Shown in pieces: positions 19,323-29,870 of a stretch of DNA of 64,000 bases (within the stretch, counting starts at the first letter, position 1; each line of letters opens with the position of its first letter). This stretch comes from Gammaproteobacteria bacterium (lineage in GTDB: Bacteria; Pseudomonadota; Gammaproteobacteria; SZUA-152). The translations under genes were made by a program, and so were the position numbers. The notes under the pieces are model-generated. The model ran no database searches, was not told the origin of the DNA, and saw only the letters and a list, made by a program, of their open reading frames with translations. The stretch is from positions 74,878-138,877 of the forward strand of contig JAKIUF010000004.1 in NCBI GenBank assembly GCA_021647705.1. Reading direction: 5' to 3'.

Positions 19323-20421
19323 ATACCGGCCCCCCGGCAATGACATTTTTCGTCCAAAGCTCACCCACTGAATAATTTTCCAACCATTCAGAAAAGTCAG
19401 CTTCATTTAGCCTTTCAAACGATGAAGCCCCCTCTTTTCGGTTAACCACAATAATGTCATTAATGCCAAATTGGTCAACTAGTGCTGGGGACTGGGTCGC
19501 AACAATCACCTGAGTACGCTGTGCTGCTTGCTGAACCAGCTCTGCTAAAATCACAATTGCAGCAGGGTGTAGCCCTAACTCTGGCTCATCGATAATAATA
19601 GCGGAAGGTGGATTCGGTTGTAATAATGCTGTCGCAAGACAGATGAAACGTATAGAACCATCCGAAAGGTGATAAGGCTGCATAGGATAATCAGAGCCTT
19701 TTTGTGTCCAACTAATGTTGACTTCTTCTTTTTCACCACTTTGCCTGGGTTCTAATATAAAATCATCAAAAAATGGGGTAACCAAGCGTATAGCATTTAA
19801 TATTTCCTTGTATTCGCTGTTATGTTGGCCTCTTAACTTAAGCAAAAATGCACCCATATTTGATGCGTCTGTTCGCAGTACTTTGTTATCTTGCACGATC
19901 CCATAATGACGAATACCCGCTGTTGAGCCAGTATCATGGAAATGGTAAATCTGCCAGGATGCAATTGAGTTATAAACGGGCTGTGAATTTTTAGCGTCGG
20001 CTTTTTTATTTTTAACCTCGGCCACCATATGCGATGACCCCTCATCGCTGTCACCAAGCTCCCACCATTTTTTTAATCCGTCTTGATAATATCGTGCTTC
20101 ATCTTCAATAGCACAGGAATCACTCGGCGTTGCTACAAGCTTGAAGCGAAACCCACGAGGACCAAATCGTGTTTCAAACACCATTTTTTTGGTTACTTTT
20201 CTGCCGTGAAAAAGCAGATCACTGGCACCGCCATTATCTCTAACATAGCGATTCAAGTTCCCATCGATCAAAGCACTTAACATTTTAAAAAAGGAGATAA
20301 AGTTACTTTTACCCGCACCATTCCCCCCCACAATCACATTGAGGTTTTTTAATTCAAAGTCAACCAATTCACAGATTGATTTAAAGCCTTTTATGGTTAA
20401 TTTATCTAATGAATCAGTCAT
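19315..20421 (-). CDS. AAA_21/ABC-type ATPase
   Basis: IKGFKSI, Walker A GGNGAGKSN, signature LSDGS, Walker B IIIDEPELGLHP, ATQS. Confidence 0.92.
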   Translation of the reverse strand: MTDSLDKLTIKGFKSICELVDFELKNLNVIVGGNGAGKSNFISFFKMLSALIDGNLNRYVRDNGGASDLLFHGRKVTKKMVFETRFGPRGFRFKLVATPSDSCAIEDEARYYQDGLKKWWELGDSDEGSSHMVAEVKNKKADAKNSQPVYNSIASWQIYHFHDTGSTAGIRHYGIVQDNKVLRTDASNMGAFLLKLRGQHNSEYKEILNAIRLVTPFFDDFILEPRQSGEKEEVNISWTQKGSDYPMQPYHLSDGSIRFICLATALLQPNPPSAIIIDEPELGLHPAAIVILAELVQQAAQRTQVIVATQSPALVDQFGINDIIVVNRKEGASSFERLNEADFSEWLENYSVGELWTKNVIAGGPVYE

Positions 20422-20657
20422 GGAACCTCCTAAATTGATTTCACTTCGGTGCCGGATATATCATAAAAAGCCATCGGTGTTTTTACCTGTGCCGATATCG
20501 ATCATTTTCATAACGCCGCGAAAATGATCATCTCTTTGATTTACTCACCGTGCCAAATTTAACGATTAGAAGATACCTGCTCAGGGTATTCGTTCCGAAT
20601 GATTTCATTTTCAGAAATCACAACCGCAGTACCCGTTTTTTTGAGTAATTTCTTACT

Positions 20658-21422
20658 TCAGGCTTCCGCACCCAAAACAGCGCGCACCACATCAAGATCC
20701 TTTTTGGTATCCACCCCGGCGAGCGGTACTTCAACTGCTTCGGCAACGTGGATACGATGCCCATGCCACAACACACGCAGCTGCTCGAGGGATTCCGTTT
20801 GCTCCAGCGGGCATGGTGACCACTGGCTGTACTCACGCAAAAAACTCGCACGATAAGCATAAAGGCCAATGTGCCGAAAGTGCTCACCATGATCGGGAAA
20901 AATTTCCGCCGTATTGGCAAAAGCCTCCCGGTCCCAGGGAATACTGGCGCGGCTGAAATAAAGTGCCATGCCCTGTCGGTCTTTCACCACTTTCACTGCG
21001 TGCGGATCAAATAATTCGGCCGTGGTGGTAATCCGGGTGCAGACGGTGGCCATGCTCGCTGCGGTACAAGCCGCAAGATTTTCCGCCACCTGATGGATCA
21101 CTGCCGAGGGCATCAATGGTTCATCACCTTGCAGATTCACCACAATCTGGTCGTCGGCAAATGTTAATTTTTCTGCTACTTCCGCAATACGATCAGTACC
21201 GGATTGATGTGCCACCGAAGTTAAACAGGTTTCAGCACCAAATTGCTGTGCGGCGGCTTCAATTTGTGAGCTGTCTGTAGCAATAATCACCTGTGCTGCA
21301 CCGCTTTCCAGCGCACGCTCGTAAACATGCTGAATCATCGGTTTGCCTGCAATATCCAGCAGCGGTTTTCCCGGCAGGCGGGTTGCCGCATAACGTGCAG
21401 GAATGATGACGCTGAACTTCAT
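20658..21422 (-). CDS. kdsB: CMP-Kdo synthetase
   Basis: [46 protein letters not shown]. Confidence 0.98.
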   Translation of the reverse strand: MKFSVIIPARYAATRLPGKPLLDIAGKPMIQHVYERALESGAAQVIIATDSSQIEAAAQQFGAETCLTSVAHQSGTDRIAEVAEKLTFADDQIVVNLQGDEPLMPSAVIHQVAENLAACTAASMATVCTRITTTAELFDPHAVKVVKDRQGMALYFSRASIPWDREAFANTAEIFPDHGEHFRHIGLYAYRASFLREYSQWSPCPLEQTESLEQLRVLWHGHRIHVAEAVEVPLAGVDTKKDLDVVRAVLGAEA

Positions 21423-21601
21423 GCAATTTCCTCATCAGCAGCCAGTACGCGCGCTTCTTCTTCGAGCATTACCGGAATATCGTCACGAATGGGATACGCC
21501 AGCCGGTCTGCTTTGCATACCAGTTCTTTTGCATCTTTTAAATAAACCAACGGCCCTTTGCAAATAGGACATACCAAAATATCGAGTAGTTTTTTATCCA
21601 C
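21419..21601 (-). CDS. ycaR: Trm112/YcaR family protein
   Basis: [12 protein letters not shown]...[13 protein letters not shown] between lpxK and kdsB. Confidence 0.93.
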   Translation of the reverse strand: MDKKLLDILVCPICKGPLVYLKDAKELVCKADRLAYPIRDDIPVMLEEEARVLAADEEIA

Positions 21602-21659
21602 GTTATTTACCTGAAGTTGTTATCTAAATTGTTGCCCAAAAAGTATGTTTGATACACAC

Positions 21660-22631
21660 TCAGCGTTTTATCAAACGCAAAATTAATGGAATAATACGTT
21701 CATCCAGTGTTGCGTCAACCGGCACACACCAGTGTTGCTCTGTTGCAAATACCTGACATTTCACTGCATCTTTTTCCGTCATCAGCACGGGTAGCTCATC
21801 GCCAAAAATAATATCCTCCTGTGCAAAAGGATGATGGTCGGGAAACGCATGTTCAATCACTGTCATGCCCAGCCCTTCCAGCTGACGAAAAAACCGCGCC
21901 GGATTGCCGATACCTGCGATGGCATGCACGGTTTGCCCGGCAAAACTATCCAGCGTCACCCGCCGCTTTGGTCGTTTCATATTACGCACGGTGCCCGGAA
22001 TCAAGTCCATGCGATATTCACGCACACTTGGCATACCATTGGTGACCACGGCATCCACCGAACGTAACCGGCTCAGCGGTTCACGTAACGGCCCGGCAGG
22101 CAGACAATGTTGATTACCAAACCGGCGCACACCATCCACTACGGCAATTTCCATATCGCGCCCCAGTGCATAATGCTGCAAACCATCATCCGACACGATG
22201 ATGTCACACTCCGTGTGCGCCAGCAGTGCCTCGACCGCGTCAACACGATCAGGCCCCACGGCCATGGGGCAGGCGCAACGTTGTGACAATAATACGGCTT
22301 CATCACCTACCATGCGTGGGTCACTGTCGGCGCGCACCTGCTGTGGCCAGTTTGTCGCCTGTCCACCATAGCCTCGACTCACAATACCTGGGGTATAACC
22401 ATGATTACGCAACATATCCACCAGCCAGGTCACCAGTGGCGTTTTGCCTGTACCTCCCACGGAGATATTGCCTACAATAATCACCGGGATCGGCAGGTGA
22501 TAGACCTTCAGCACACCTGTACGATATAACAGCCGTCGGGTAACCGCGACAAGGCAAAATAACCAGGACACAGGCAACAACAATAAAGGAATAAAACCTT
22601 TGTTGTACCAATAATAATCCAGCCTTTTCAC
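21660..22631 (-). CDS. lpxK: Tetraacyldisaccharide 4'-kinase
   Basis: VGNISVGGTGKTP, SRGYGG, DDGLQHY, LPAGPLRE, FPDHH, MTEKDAVK. Confidence 0.98.
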   Translation of the reverse strand: MKRLDYYWYNKGFIPLLLLPVSWLFCLVAVTRRLLYRTGVLKVYHLPIPVIIVGNISVGGTGKTPLVTWLVDMLRNHGYTPGIVSRGYGGQATNWPQQVRADSDPRMVGDEAVLLSQRCACPMAVGPDRVDAVEALLAHTECDIIVSDDGLQHYALGRDMEIAVVDGVRRFGNQHCLPAGPLREPLSRLRSVDAVVTNGMPSVREYRMDLIPGTVRNMKRPKRRVTLDSFAGQTVHAIAGIGNPARFFRQLEGLGMTVIEHAFPDHHPFAQEDIIFGDELPVLMTEKDAVKCQVFATEQHWCVPVDATLDERIIPLILRLIKR

Positions 22632-22701
22632 AATGCCTCACCCACCGAAATAAACAATGCTTGCTTAAAGAGATAACCTGTACGTTCCAATATCACCACA
22701 G

Positions 22702-22787
22702 GTAGGGTGGGCATGTTTTTTTGCCCACGCGGTAATCCCGCAATGATTTTCTGTAACCCGTGAGCACAAACAACGTGCCCACCCTAC
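22702..22787. repeat. GTAG-family REP doublet (REPIN)
   Basis: GTAGGGTGGGCATGTTTTTTTGCCCAC...GCACAAACAACGTGCCCACCCTAC; inverted homologue at 32851-32934. Confidence 0.88.
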
Positions 22788-22794
22788 CGGGTAC

Positions 22795-24528
22795 TTACTT
22801 CTCTCCAACCTGGAGCTGGTAAAGCGATGCGTAATCTTTACCCGCCGCTAACAGTTCTGCATGCGTGCCGGACTCGACAATTTCCCCTTCGCGCATTACC
22901 AGGATTTTATCCGCATTTTCAATGGTTGATAACCGATGTGCAATCACCAGTGTTGTTCGATTTTTCATCAGAACACTCAGGGCATCCTGGATATAACGCT
23001 CGGACTCTGTATCCAGTGCCGATGTCGCTTCATCGAGAATCAGTATAGGCGCATCTTTCAGCAAGGCACGGGCAATGGCGATGCGTTGACGTTGGCCACC
23101 GGACAACAACACACCTTTGTCACCCACCTGGGTTTGATAACCTTCGGGCAATTGGGCGATAAATTCATCGGCGTGCGCGGCCTTGGCTGCCGCAATAATC
23201 TCTTCTTCAGAGTGGCTGGCCAGTGCGCCATAGGCAATATTGTTAAACACCGTGTCGTCAAACAGGGTGATATCCTGGCTCACCAGGGAAATGTGATTGC
23301 GCAAATCATCCAGTTTCAGTTCCTGTACCGGCACGCCATCCAGCAGAATCTCTCCCTGGCTGATGTCATAAAAACGTGGCAACAGGTTCACCAGTGTTGA
23401 TTTACCACTGCCGGAGCGTCCTACCATGGCGACAGTCTCGCCTGCGGCGGCAGAAAAACTGATGGATTTCAGCACATCACCCTTGGCTCGGTCGTAACTG
23501 AAAGTGACATCCCGAAATTCAATATCACCCTTTATCGGGGACAGTGTTTTTGTGCCGGTATCTTTTTCCGCTTCTTCGTCCAGCAGCGAAAAGACACTTT
23601 GCGCAGCAGCTATGCCTTGCTGCACCGTGGCTTGCACCATGGTCAGGCGTTTCATCGGTGCCAGTAATAACATGCTGGCGGCTAAAAAAGACATGAACGT
23701 ACCTACCGTTAACGCTTCCAACAGATCTTTCGAGGTGGCGACGTACAAAATCACCGCGACCCCACAGGCACCCAGAAACTGTGAAACCGGCACACTGATG
23801 GCGCGTGTTGCTGCCAGTTTCATATTCTGCCGACGATTAAACTCATTGGCTTTGGAAAATTGTTTGTCTTCACATGTTTCACCACCAAATATCTTTACCA
23901 CGCGATGACCTTCGGTGATCTGCTGTGATAGCTGTGTCACATTACCCATGGAGGCCTGAATACGCTGACTGATACGGCGAAAGCGTTTGCTCACCGCAAC
24001 GACCAAAAGGGTAATTACCGGACCTAACACTAAAAAGACAATCGCCAGTTTCCAGCTGGTATAAAACATCAAAATCAACAAACCGATAATCGTCAACGTA
24101 TCACGCACTACGATGGTGACCGCTTTGGTGGCCGCCTGGGCCACACGCTCTACGTCATAAATTAATTTTGAGGTTAATTGGCCCGAGGCATTGCGGTCAT
24201 AAAATGCAGTGGGCAGGCGCATTAAACGGGTAAACATCTGCTTGCGCATGTCGCGGATAATATTGCGCCCGACATGCTCCATACCGTAGGTGGCAACAAA
24301 ACCTGCCAGCCCGCGAACAATAAAAATACCCATAAAAGCAAAGGGCAACCAGCTGATAATCTCGGGGTCTTTTTCTACGAAACTGCCATCCAGCATGGGT
24401 TTTATGATCCAGGCCAGCCCCGCCTCTGTGCTGGCGACCACGGCCATGCCGATAATCGCCAGAATAAAAATAGAGGAATACTGCCAGGCGTAACCCAGCA
24501 GGCGTCTATAAACCTGGGTGGGAGACAT
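22795..24528 (-). CDS. msbA: Lipid A flippase ABC transporter
   Basis: TMD + [32 protein letters not shown]; upstream of lpxK. Confidence 0.97.
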   Translation of the reverse strand: MSPTQVYRRLLGYAWQYSSIFILAIIGMAVVASTEAGLAWIIKPMLDGSFVEKDPEIISWLPFAFMGIFIVRGLAGFVATYGMEHVGRNIIRDMRKQMFTRLMRLPTAFYDRNASGQLTSKLIYDVERVAQAATKAVTIVVRDTLTIIGLLILMFYTSWKLAIVFLVLGPVITLLVVAVSKRFRRISQRIQASMGNVTQLSQQITEGHRVVKIFGGETCEDKQFSKANEFNRRQNMKLAATRAISVPVSQFLGACGVAVILYVATSKDLLEALTVGTFMSFLAASMLLLAPMKRLTMVQATVQQGIAAAQSVFSLLDEEAEKDTGTKTLSPIKGDIEFRDVTFSYDRAKGDVLKSISFSAAAGETVAMVGRSGSGKSTLVNLLPRFYDISQGEILLDGVPVQELKLDDLRNHISLVSQDITLFDDTVFNNIAYGALASHSEEEIIAAAKAAHADEFIAQLPEGYQTQVGDKGVLLSGGQRQRIAIARALLKDAPILILDEATSALDTESERYIQDALSVLMKNRTTLVIAHRLSTIENADKILVMREGEIVESGTHAELLAAGKDYASLYQLQVGEK

Positions 24529-24567
24529 GGGGTCAGTCCTGGGCTTCACGCACAATGAGCAAAAAAA

Positions 24568-24990
24568 TCACTGCTCTTCGGGGGTGCGCGTTGTGGCGAA
24601 GTTCAGATGGACGAACCCGAGTCGGCTGGCGGCATCCATGACCGTTATCACTGACTGGTGCGGTGTTTTTGCATCGGCACTGAGGATGATCGGCGGGTCT
24701 TTGCGATCTCCTGCCACTTCCTGCATGGCTTTCATCAGGGTGGTCAGTTTGGTGTTGATCACTCGTTTGTTATTAACGTAATACGTGCCTTCGGCATCCA
24801 CAGTCACTTGCATGACAAAATCATCTGTCACTTTTTTGTCCGTCGTGGCCTGTGGCAGCATGATTTCAATTTCGGATTCACGCTCAAAGGTGGTGGACAC
24901 CATAAAAAAAATCAACAGCAAAAACACCACGTCAATGAGTGGCGTGATGTTAACGTCCAGTACTTCTTTTTGCTTGGGTGAAATATTCAC
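24568..24990 (-). CDS. exbD: ExbD/TolR biopolymer transport protein
   Basis: NITPLIDVVFLLLIFFMV, AD...HQ.V..VMD. Confidence 0.93.
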   Translation of the reverse strand: MNISPKQKEVLDVNITPLIDVVFLLLIFFMVSTTFERESEIEIMLPQATTDKKVTDDFVMQVTVDAEGTYYVNNKRVINTKLTTLMKAMQEVAGDRKDPPIILSADAKTPHQSVITVMDAASRLGFVHLNFATTRTPEEQ

Positions 24991-25007
24991 AATGGTTAAC
25001 GGGCGGC

Positions 25008-25658
25008 TCAGGTTGCAGGGGGTGCCTGGGTGGTGGGTACGGAGACATCGGATTCACGATCACCGTGAATCACTTCCACCATTTTGATGGCTTCTTGCTC
25101 CATATACACTACCAGACCATCAATGAGCCCACGGAAATAACGGTGGGCCATCAGAGCAGGAATCGCCACCGACAAACCAGCGGCCGTGGTGATTAGCGCT
25201 TCGGAAATACCTCCGGCCAGCACGGCGGGATTACCCACGCCCTGGGAGGTAATCACGCTGAATACCTTGATCATGCCGATAACTGTGCCCAACAGGCCCA
25301 ATAAGGGTGTGATGGCGGCGATAGTGCCCAGACTGTTCATGTAACGCTCAAGCTCATGCACCACATGGCGACCGGTTTCTTCGATGCTTTCTTTCATCAC
25401 CTCGCGGCTGTTATTGACATTGCTCAACCCTGAGGCCAGCACCTGTCCCAGTGGGGAGCTGTTGCGTACCGTGCTGATCTGCTCGCCGGAAAGCTTTCCT
25501 TTGGATTGCAGGTGCCAGATTTGTGCCACCAGATGCTTGGGAATAATGCGTTTGCGCTGTAACGACCATAAGCGCTCGCCAATAATGGCCAGGGCCACGA
25601 TGGAACATAAAATGATGGGAACCATCAACCAGCCGCCGGATTTTACAATTTCAAACAC
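25008..25658 (-). CDS. exbB: MotA/TolQ/ExbB proton channel protein
   Basis: PLLGLLGTVIGMI, GGISEALITTAAGL. Confidence 0.92.
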   Translation of the reverse strand: MFEIVKSGGWLMVPIILCSIVALAIIGERLWSLQRKRIIPKHLVAQIWHLQSKGKLSGEQISTVRNSSPLGQVLASGLSNVNNSREVMKESIEETGRHVVHELERYMNSLGTIAAITPLLGLLGTVIGMIKVFSVITSQGVGNPAVLAGGISEALITTAAGLSVAIPALMAHRYFRGLIDGLVVYMEQEAIKMVEVIHGDRESDVSVPTTQAPPAT

Positions 25659-25749
25659 GAATACTTGTCCTCTGGTATCAATTGCTGTCTTTCATTAATG
25701 GCAAAATGCGAAACGACTTTGCAAACAGGGCGCTACTTTAGCAGAGACC

Positions 25750-28200
25750 TTATTTTGCAGGAAGGTTTTGCTGAAAGGTTTTGTCGGCGGGGTGTATTAA
25801 AAGATGTGGTAGCTTTGCATCCGGTTTGTCCTTCACATGCCAATAGCGCGCAGCTTGCTGACGATGGGTGTTCACAGCATCCAGCCCGTCTTTACTGCCT
25901 AATTGCAGTTCGATGGCACCATGCCGGGCCGTGTCGAACAGGCGCACCTGCTGATCCCTATAACGTTGTACGATGTGTGCTTTGGGAAAACCGTAACGAT
26001 TACGGTAACCTACAGGAAACAACGCTACTGTCGGTGATACCGCCGCCAAAAATGCCGGGGTGGACGAGGTACGGCTGCCGTGATGCGGTGCCACCAGTAC
26101 ATCACTGGCCAGTTTGTTGCCAAACACTCTCACCAGTTCATCTTCTGCTGCCCGCTCGATATCACCTGTAAGCAATACACTGTGTTCACCCGCCTGCACC
26201 CGTAACACACAAGAGCGGTTGTTGCTCTCACGCCCACCCACATGCACATGTTTCCCCGGACTCAACATCGTAAAAATCACCCCATCCCATTGCCAGCGCT
26301 GCCCGGCCTGACACAGTTCGGCTCCGTCAATGCGCTGCGGCACACTGCTGAGCACCTGCTGTACCGAAATAGTTGCCCGCAGTCCTGCCACTCCGCCAAT
26401 GTGATCGTTATCACCGTGGCTCACCACCAACGTATCGATGTGCCGCCGTCCCTGCGCACGCAGATACGGCGCGACCACTGCCTCTCCGGTATTAAAGCCG
26501 CTGGAAAATTGTGGCCCCGTATCAAATACCAGTACGTGATTTTGTGTCTGCACCACCGCCGCCAGCCCCTGCCCCACATCCAGCAGAGTGAAGCGCGCCT
26601 GTCCCTGCGGAATAACTGCCGGGGATACAAACAACAATGGCAACAATCCAACCAGCCATACCCATCGCGCCGGTACACCCCGCGGTGCCAGTAACCAGAG
26701 AATACCCATCACCGCCACCGGCATGGCCCACAGCGGCGGAGCCATCTGCTGCCATGCGGCCAGTTTCCATTGTGCAAGCCCATCCAGCCACCACCACAAC
26801 GCATCCAGGCTCAATGTTGACAAGCCCAGCAGCCATCCGCCCAGCGTAGTGGAAAACCCCAGGCAAATACTGCCCAGCAACGTTAGAGGCACAGTCACCA
26901 GACTGACCCATGGCACCGCCAACAGGTTGGCCAGTGGTGCAACCACGGAGGCCTGCTGAAATAACAGCAGTAACGCAGGAAACAAACCCACAGCCACCAG
27001 CCATTGCACCCGTCCCCAGCGCCACCAGTACGAATTCATTGCCAACCGGCCAGACATGCCGTACACGATCACCGCCACTGCGCCAAACGATAACCAGAAA
27101 CCGGCGGCCATGACGGCCAACGGGTCAATCATCAATACCAGCAACAAAGCCAGCGCCAGCAAATGTGAAGGACGTGTGTGGCGCTGCACAATGATCGCCA
27201 GCATCACCACAGCCACCATTACCAACGCCCGCTGCGTGGGCACGGAAAAACCGGCCAGCATGGCGTACACGGCGGCGGCCAGCAAAGCGGCCACAGCACC
27301 CGCTTTGGCCGCAGGCCAGTGGATTACAGCATGGGCCGAGCAACGCCACAGCCTGTGCATCAGAAAAAAGGCAAAGCCTGCCACTAATCCCACATGCAGA
27401 CCGGAAATAGCCACCAGGTGATTGGTCCCGGTACGCATCAGCACATCCCACTGCGGCTGGCTGATTTGCTGACGGTCTCCAATGGCCAGTGCCAACACAA
27501 TGCCACGCAATGGATGATCATCGAGGGCCGCAAGAATCCGGGTACGCAGTGTTTCCCGTAGCTGGCCTACCCGGTAAGCATTGCCCGCCGGGGTCAGGCG
27601 TTGATTCAGCGAAACCGTAGCATCCACTGCCGGATGCTTTGTAGCATGACGCACGTAACCTTTGGCACGAATACCCTGCTGGAACAACCATGCCTCGTAA
27701 TCAAATCCTCCGGGGTTGGAAAAACCGTGCGGGCGTTTCAGGCGCACTTGCAGCCGCCAGCGCTCTCCCACATGGACAGAGGGTATTTTATGCTCCTTGC
27801 GGGAGTACCAGCTCAGTAACAGTTTACCCGGCACCGCTTGAATTTCGCCCTGCCAATGCAGGCTGTGCGGCACAAACTGAAAACGCAATCGACGCCCCTG
27901 CCACTCCGGCAACGAGGCGATATAACCTTCCACCACCACATCCTGCCCTTCCAGTTCCGTTGGCAGTGCGCCAGCCAATAATGAGTGGGCAATAATGCTG
28001 GCCATGAAAAAACCCATGCCGGTGCCGATAACCAAATTCATGAAAACCGGCCAGGGACGCCCCCGAAAAAACCAAGCCAGTGCGGTTACGGCCATCAGCA
28101 ACGTGACCAGTAAACCCAGCAGAAAAGCCCTGCCCGGCAACACCGATAATGGCTGCAAACCCGCAGTACCTATCAAAAATCCCAGCGCCATCCTGCGCAT
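25750..28200 (-). CDS. comEC: DNA uptake competence protein ComEC/Rec2
   Basis: NPGGFDYE, HLVAISGLH, LDVGQG, SHGDNDHIGG, TGDIE, PHHGS. Confidence 0.97.
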   Translation of the reverse strand: MRRMALGFLIGTAGLQPLSVLPGRAFLLGLLVTLLMAVTALAWFFRGRPWPVFMNLVIGTGMGFFMASIIAHSLLAGALPTELEGQDVVVEGYIASLPEWQGRRLRFQFVPHSLHWQGEIQAVPGKLLLSWYSRKEHKIPSVHVGERWRLQVRLKRPHGFSNPGGFDYEAWLFQQGIRAKGYVRHATKHPAVDATVSLNQRLTPAGNAYRVGQLRETLRTRILAALDDHPLRGIVLALAIGDRQQISQPQWDVLMRTGTNHLVAISGLHVGLVAGFAFFLMHRLWRCSAHAVIHWPAAKAGAVAALLAAAVYAMLAGFSVPTQRALVMVAVVMLAIIVQRHTRPSHLLALALLLVLMIDPLAVMAAGFWLSFGAVAVIVYGMSGRLAMNSYWWRWGRVQWLVAVGLFPALLLLFQQASVVAPLANLLAVPWVSLVTVPLTLLGSICLGFSTTLGGWLLGLSTLSLDALWWWLDGLAQWKLAAWQQMAPPLWAMPVAVMGILWLLAPRGVPARWVWLVGLLPLLFVSPAVIPQGQARFTLLDVGQGLAAVVQTQNHVLVFDTGPQFSSGFNTGEAVVAPYLRAQGRRHIDTLVVSHGDNDHIGGVAGLRATISVQQVLSSVPQRIDGAELCQAGQRWQWDGVIFTMLSPGKHVHVGGRESNNRSCVLRVQAGEHSVLLTGDIERAAEDELVRVFGNKLASDVLVAPHHGSRTSSTPAFLAAVSPTVALFPVGYRNRYGFPKAHIVQRYRDQQVRLFDTARHGAIELQLGSKDGLDAVNTHRQQAARYWHVKDKPDAKLPHLLIHPADKTFQQNLPAK

Positions 28201-28337
28201 TTTTAACGTCCCTGTGTTGTACCTGGATTACCCTTATTGGTTGCTATCGAGACAACCCCTTTCCCACCGCCTGAAATTGTGGATAATGGCCGACCTTGCC
28301 GCCCATTAAAACAGCCCGTTAAAAACAAACAATCCGC

Positions 28338-28892
28338 ATGCCAAAACGATTTATCAAACGCTTCATGCCGAATCAACAAAAGATTCGTGACCATAAGCAT
28401 TTGCGATTTCTGGGCGTCCTGCTGCACGACCCCAACATTTTCCACTTGAACCGGCGTTCGGTCTCCGGCGCATTCAGCGTCGGCCTGTTTATGGCTTTTG
28501 TACCTATACCGCTGCAAATGATATTCGCCGCCATTGGGGCCATTGTATTGCGAGTAAACCTGCCCATTTCCGTGGCACTGGTATGGATCACTAACCCGCT
28601 AACCATCCCTCCCATCTATTATTTTACTTATAAAGTGGGCACCTGGATTTTGCAAACACCCACGCGGGACATCCAGTTTGAATTATCGACTCACTGGCTA
28701 ATGGGGGAGCTGGGTGTGATTTGGCAACCACTGTTGTTAGGCTGCCTTGTCACCAGTACGGTTCTTGCCGTGCTGGGCAATTTATCAATTCGCCTGTTTT
28801 GGCGTTTGTATGTCAATCAGAGCTGGCGCAAACGCCGACAGGATCGTGCCGAGAGAAAAAAGCAGAAAAAGGCAAAAAACAATACGGGTTAA
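28338..28892 (+). CDS. DUF2062 membrane protein
   Basis: NRRSVSGAF.VGLF, P.P.QM, NLP....VWITNPLT. Confidence 0.9.
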   Translation: MPKRFIKRFMPNQQKIRDHKHLRFLGVLLHDPNIFHLNRRSVSGAFSVGLFMAFVPIPLQMIFAAIGAIVLRVNLPISVALVWITNPLTIPPIYYFTYKVGTWILQTPTRDIQFELSTHWLMGELGVIWQPLLLGCLVTSTVLAVLGNLSIRLFWRLYVNQSWRKRRQDRAERKKQKKAKNNTG

Positions 28893-29178
28893 ATGTGAAT
28901 TAAGTGCTAAAAATATTCAACCGAATCACAGCGTCATAAAATCCAACGCAAAGGCGCGAAGACGCAGAGAGCGCAAAGGGTTTAGAGGATCACAAGCAAA
29001 AGACATGCCCCTCGTAGCCATTGCGATTTTATTGCATGCAGGTTCAGTAAACACCCGAATCACAAATGCTGTAGTGTATCTCTCTGCGCTCTTTGCGTCT
29101 TCGCGTTGGGTTTTCATTATTCAGGCCCAACCAGCATGCGAATAAAAACAAGGTAATTTAGCCCTTGATTCACATTTA
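28890..29178. mobile_element. MITE-like element with CGCAGAG palindrome insert
   Basis: TAAATGTGAATTAAGTGCTAAA...TTTAGCCCTTGATTCACATTTA; subterminal sequences match the 17168 copy inverted; the first TAA is the DUF2062 stop. Confidence 0.82.
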
Positions 29179-29183
29179 GCTGT

Positions 29184-29870
29184 TCAGCTTTCTTCAAATT
29201 CACCGTTCGTCAAACGCAACACCCGCGACATGCGTTGCGCCAGTTGCAGATCATGTGTCACCAGCACCAGACTAGTACCCAGTTCGTCATTAAGTTCCAG
29301 CATTAAATCGTAAACCTGTGCTGCGGTGTGCTGATCCAGATTACCCGTGGGCTCATCGGCCAGCACACACAGGGGTTTGGTGATCAGCGCACGGGCGATG
29401 GCGGTACGTTGACGTTCGCCGCCCGAAAGCTCCGCCGGTTTGTGCCGCAACCGTGCCGCCAGCCCCACTTTGCTCAGCAGGTCAGCCGCCTGATCACGGG
29501 CCTCTGCCGTTGATAAACCACGAATCAACAACGGCATGGCCACGTTTTCCAGCGCTGTGAACTCCGCCAGCAAATGGTGAAACTGGTAGACAAACCCCAG
29601 CATTTTATTGCGCAACCGACCTCGCTCCGCCTCGTTAAGTGCATCCAGACGCTGGCCATCCACGCTGACTTCGCCGCGTGTCGGTTTGTCGAGCCCGCCC
29701 AGCAAATGCAGCAAAGTGCTTTTACCCGAACCTGATGCCCCCACAATAGCCACCCGTTCACCGCGCTGGATATCCAGCTGGATATTGCGCAGCACTTCCA
29801 CGGCCAGTCCACCTTCATCGAAGGTTTTGTTCAGCCCCTGACACTGCAATACGCTGTGTTGATCACTCAT
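29184..29870 (-). CDS. lolD: Lipoprotein-releasing ABC ATPase
   Basis: [37 protein letters not shown]. Confidence 0.97.
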   Translation of the reverse strand: MSDQHSVLQCQGLNKTFDEGGLAVEVLRNIQLDIQRGERVAIVGASGSGKSTLLHLLGGLDKPTRGEVSVDGQRLDALNEAERGRLRNKMLGFVYQFHHLLAEFTALENVAMPLLIRGLSTAEARDQAADLLSKVGLAARLRHKPAELSGGERQRTAIARALITKPLCVLADEPTGNLDQHTAAQVYDLMLELNDELGTSLVLVTHDLQLAQRMSRVLRLTNGEFEES

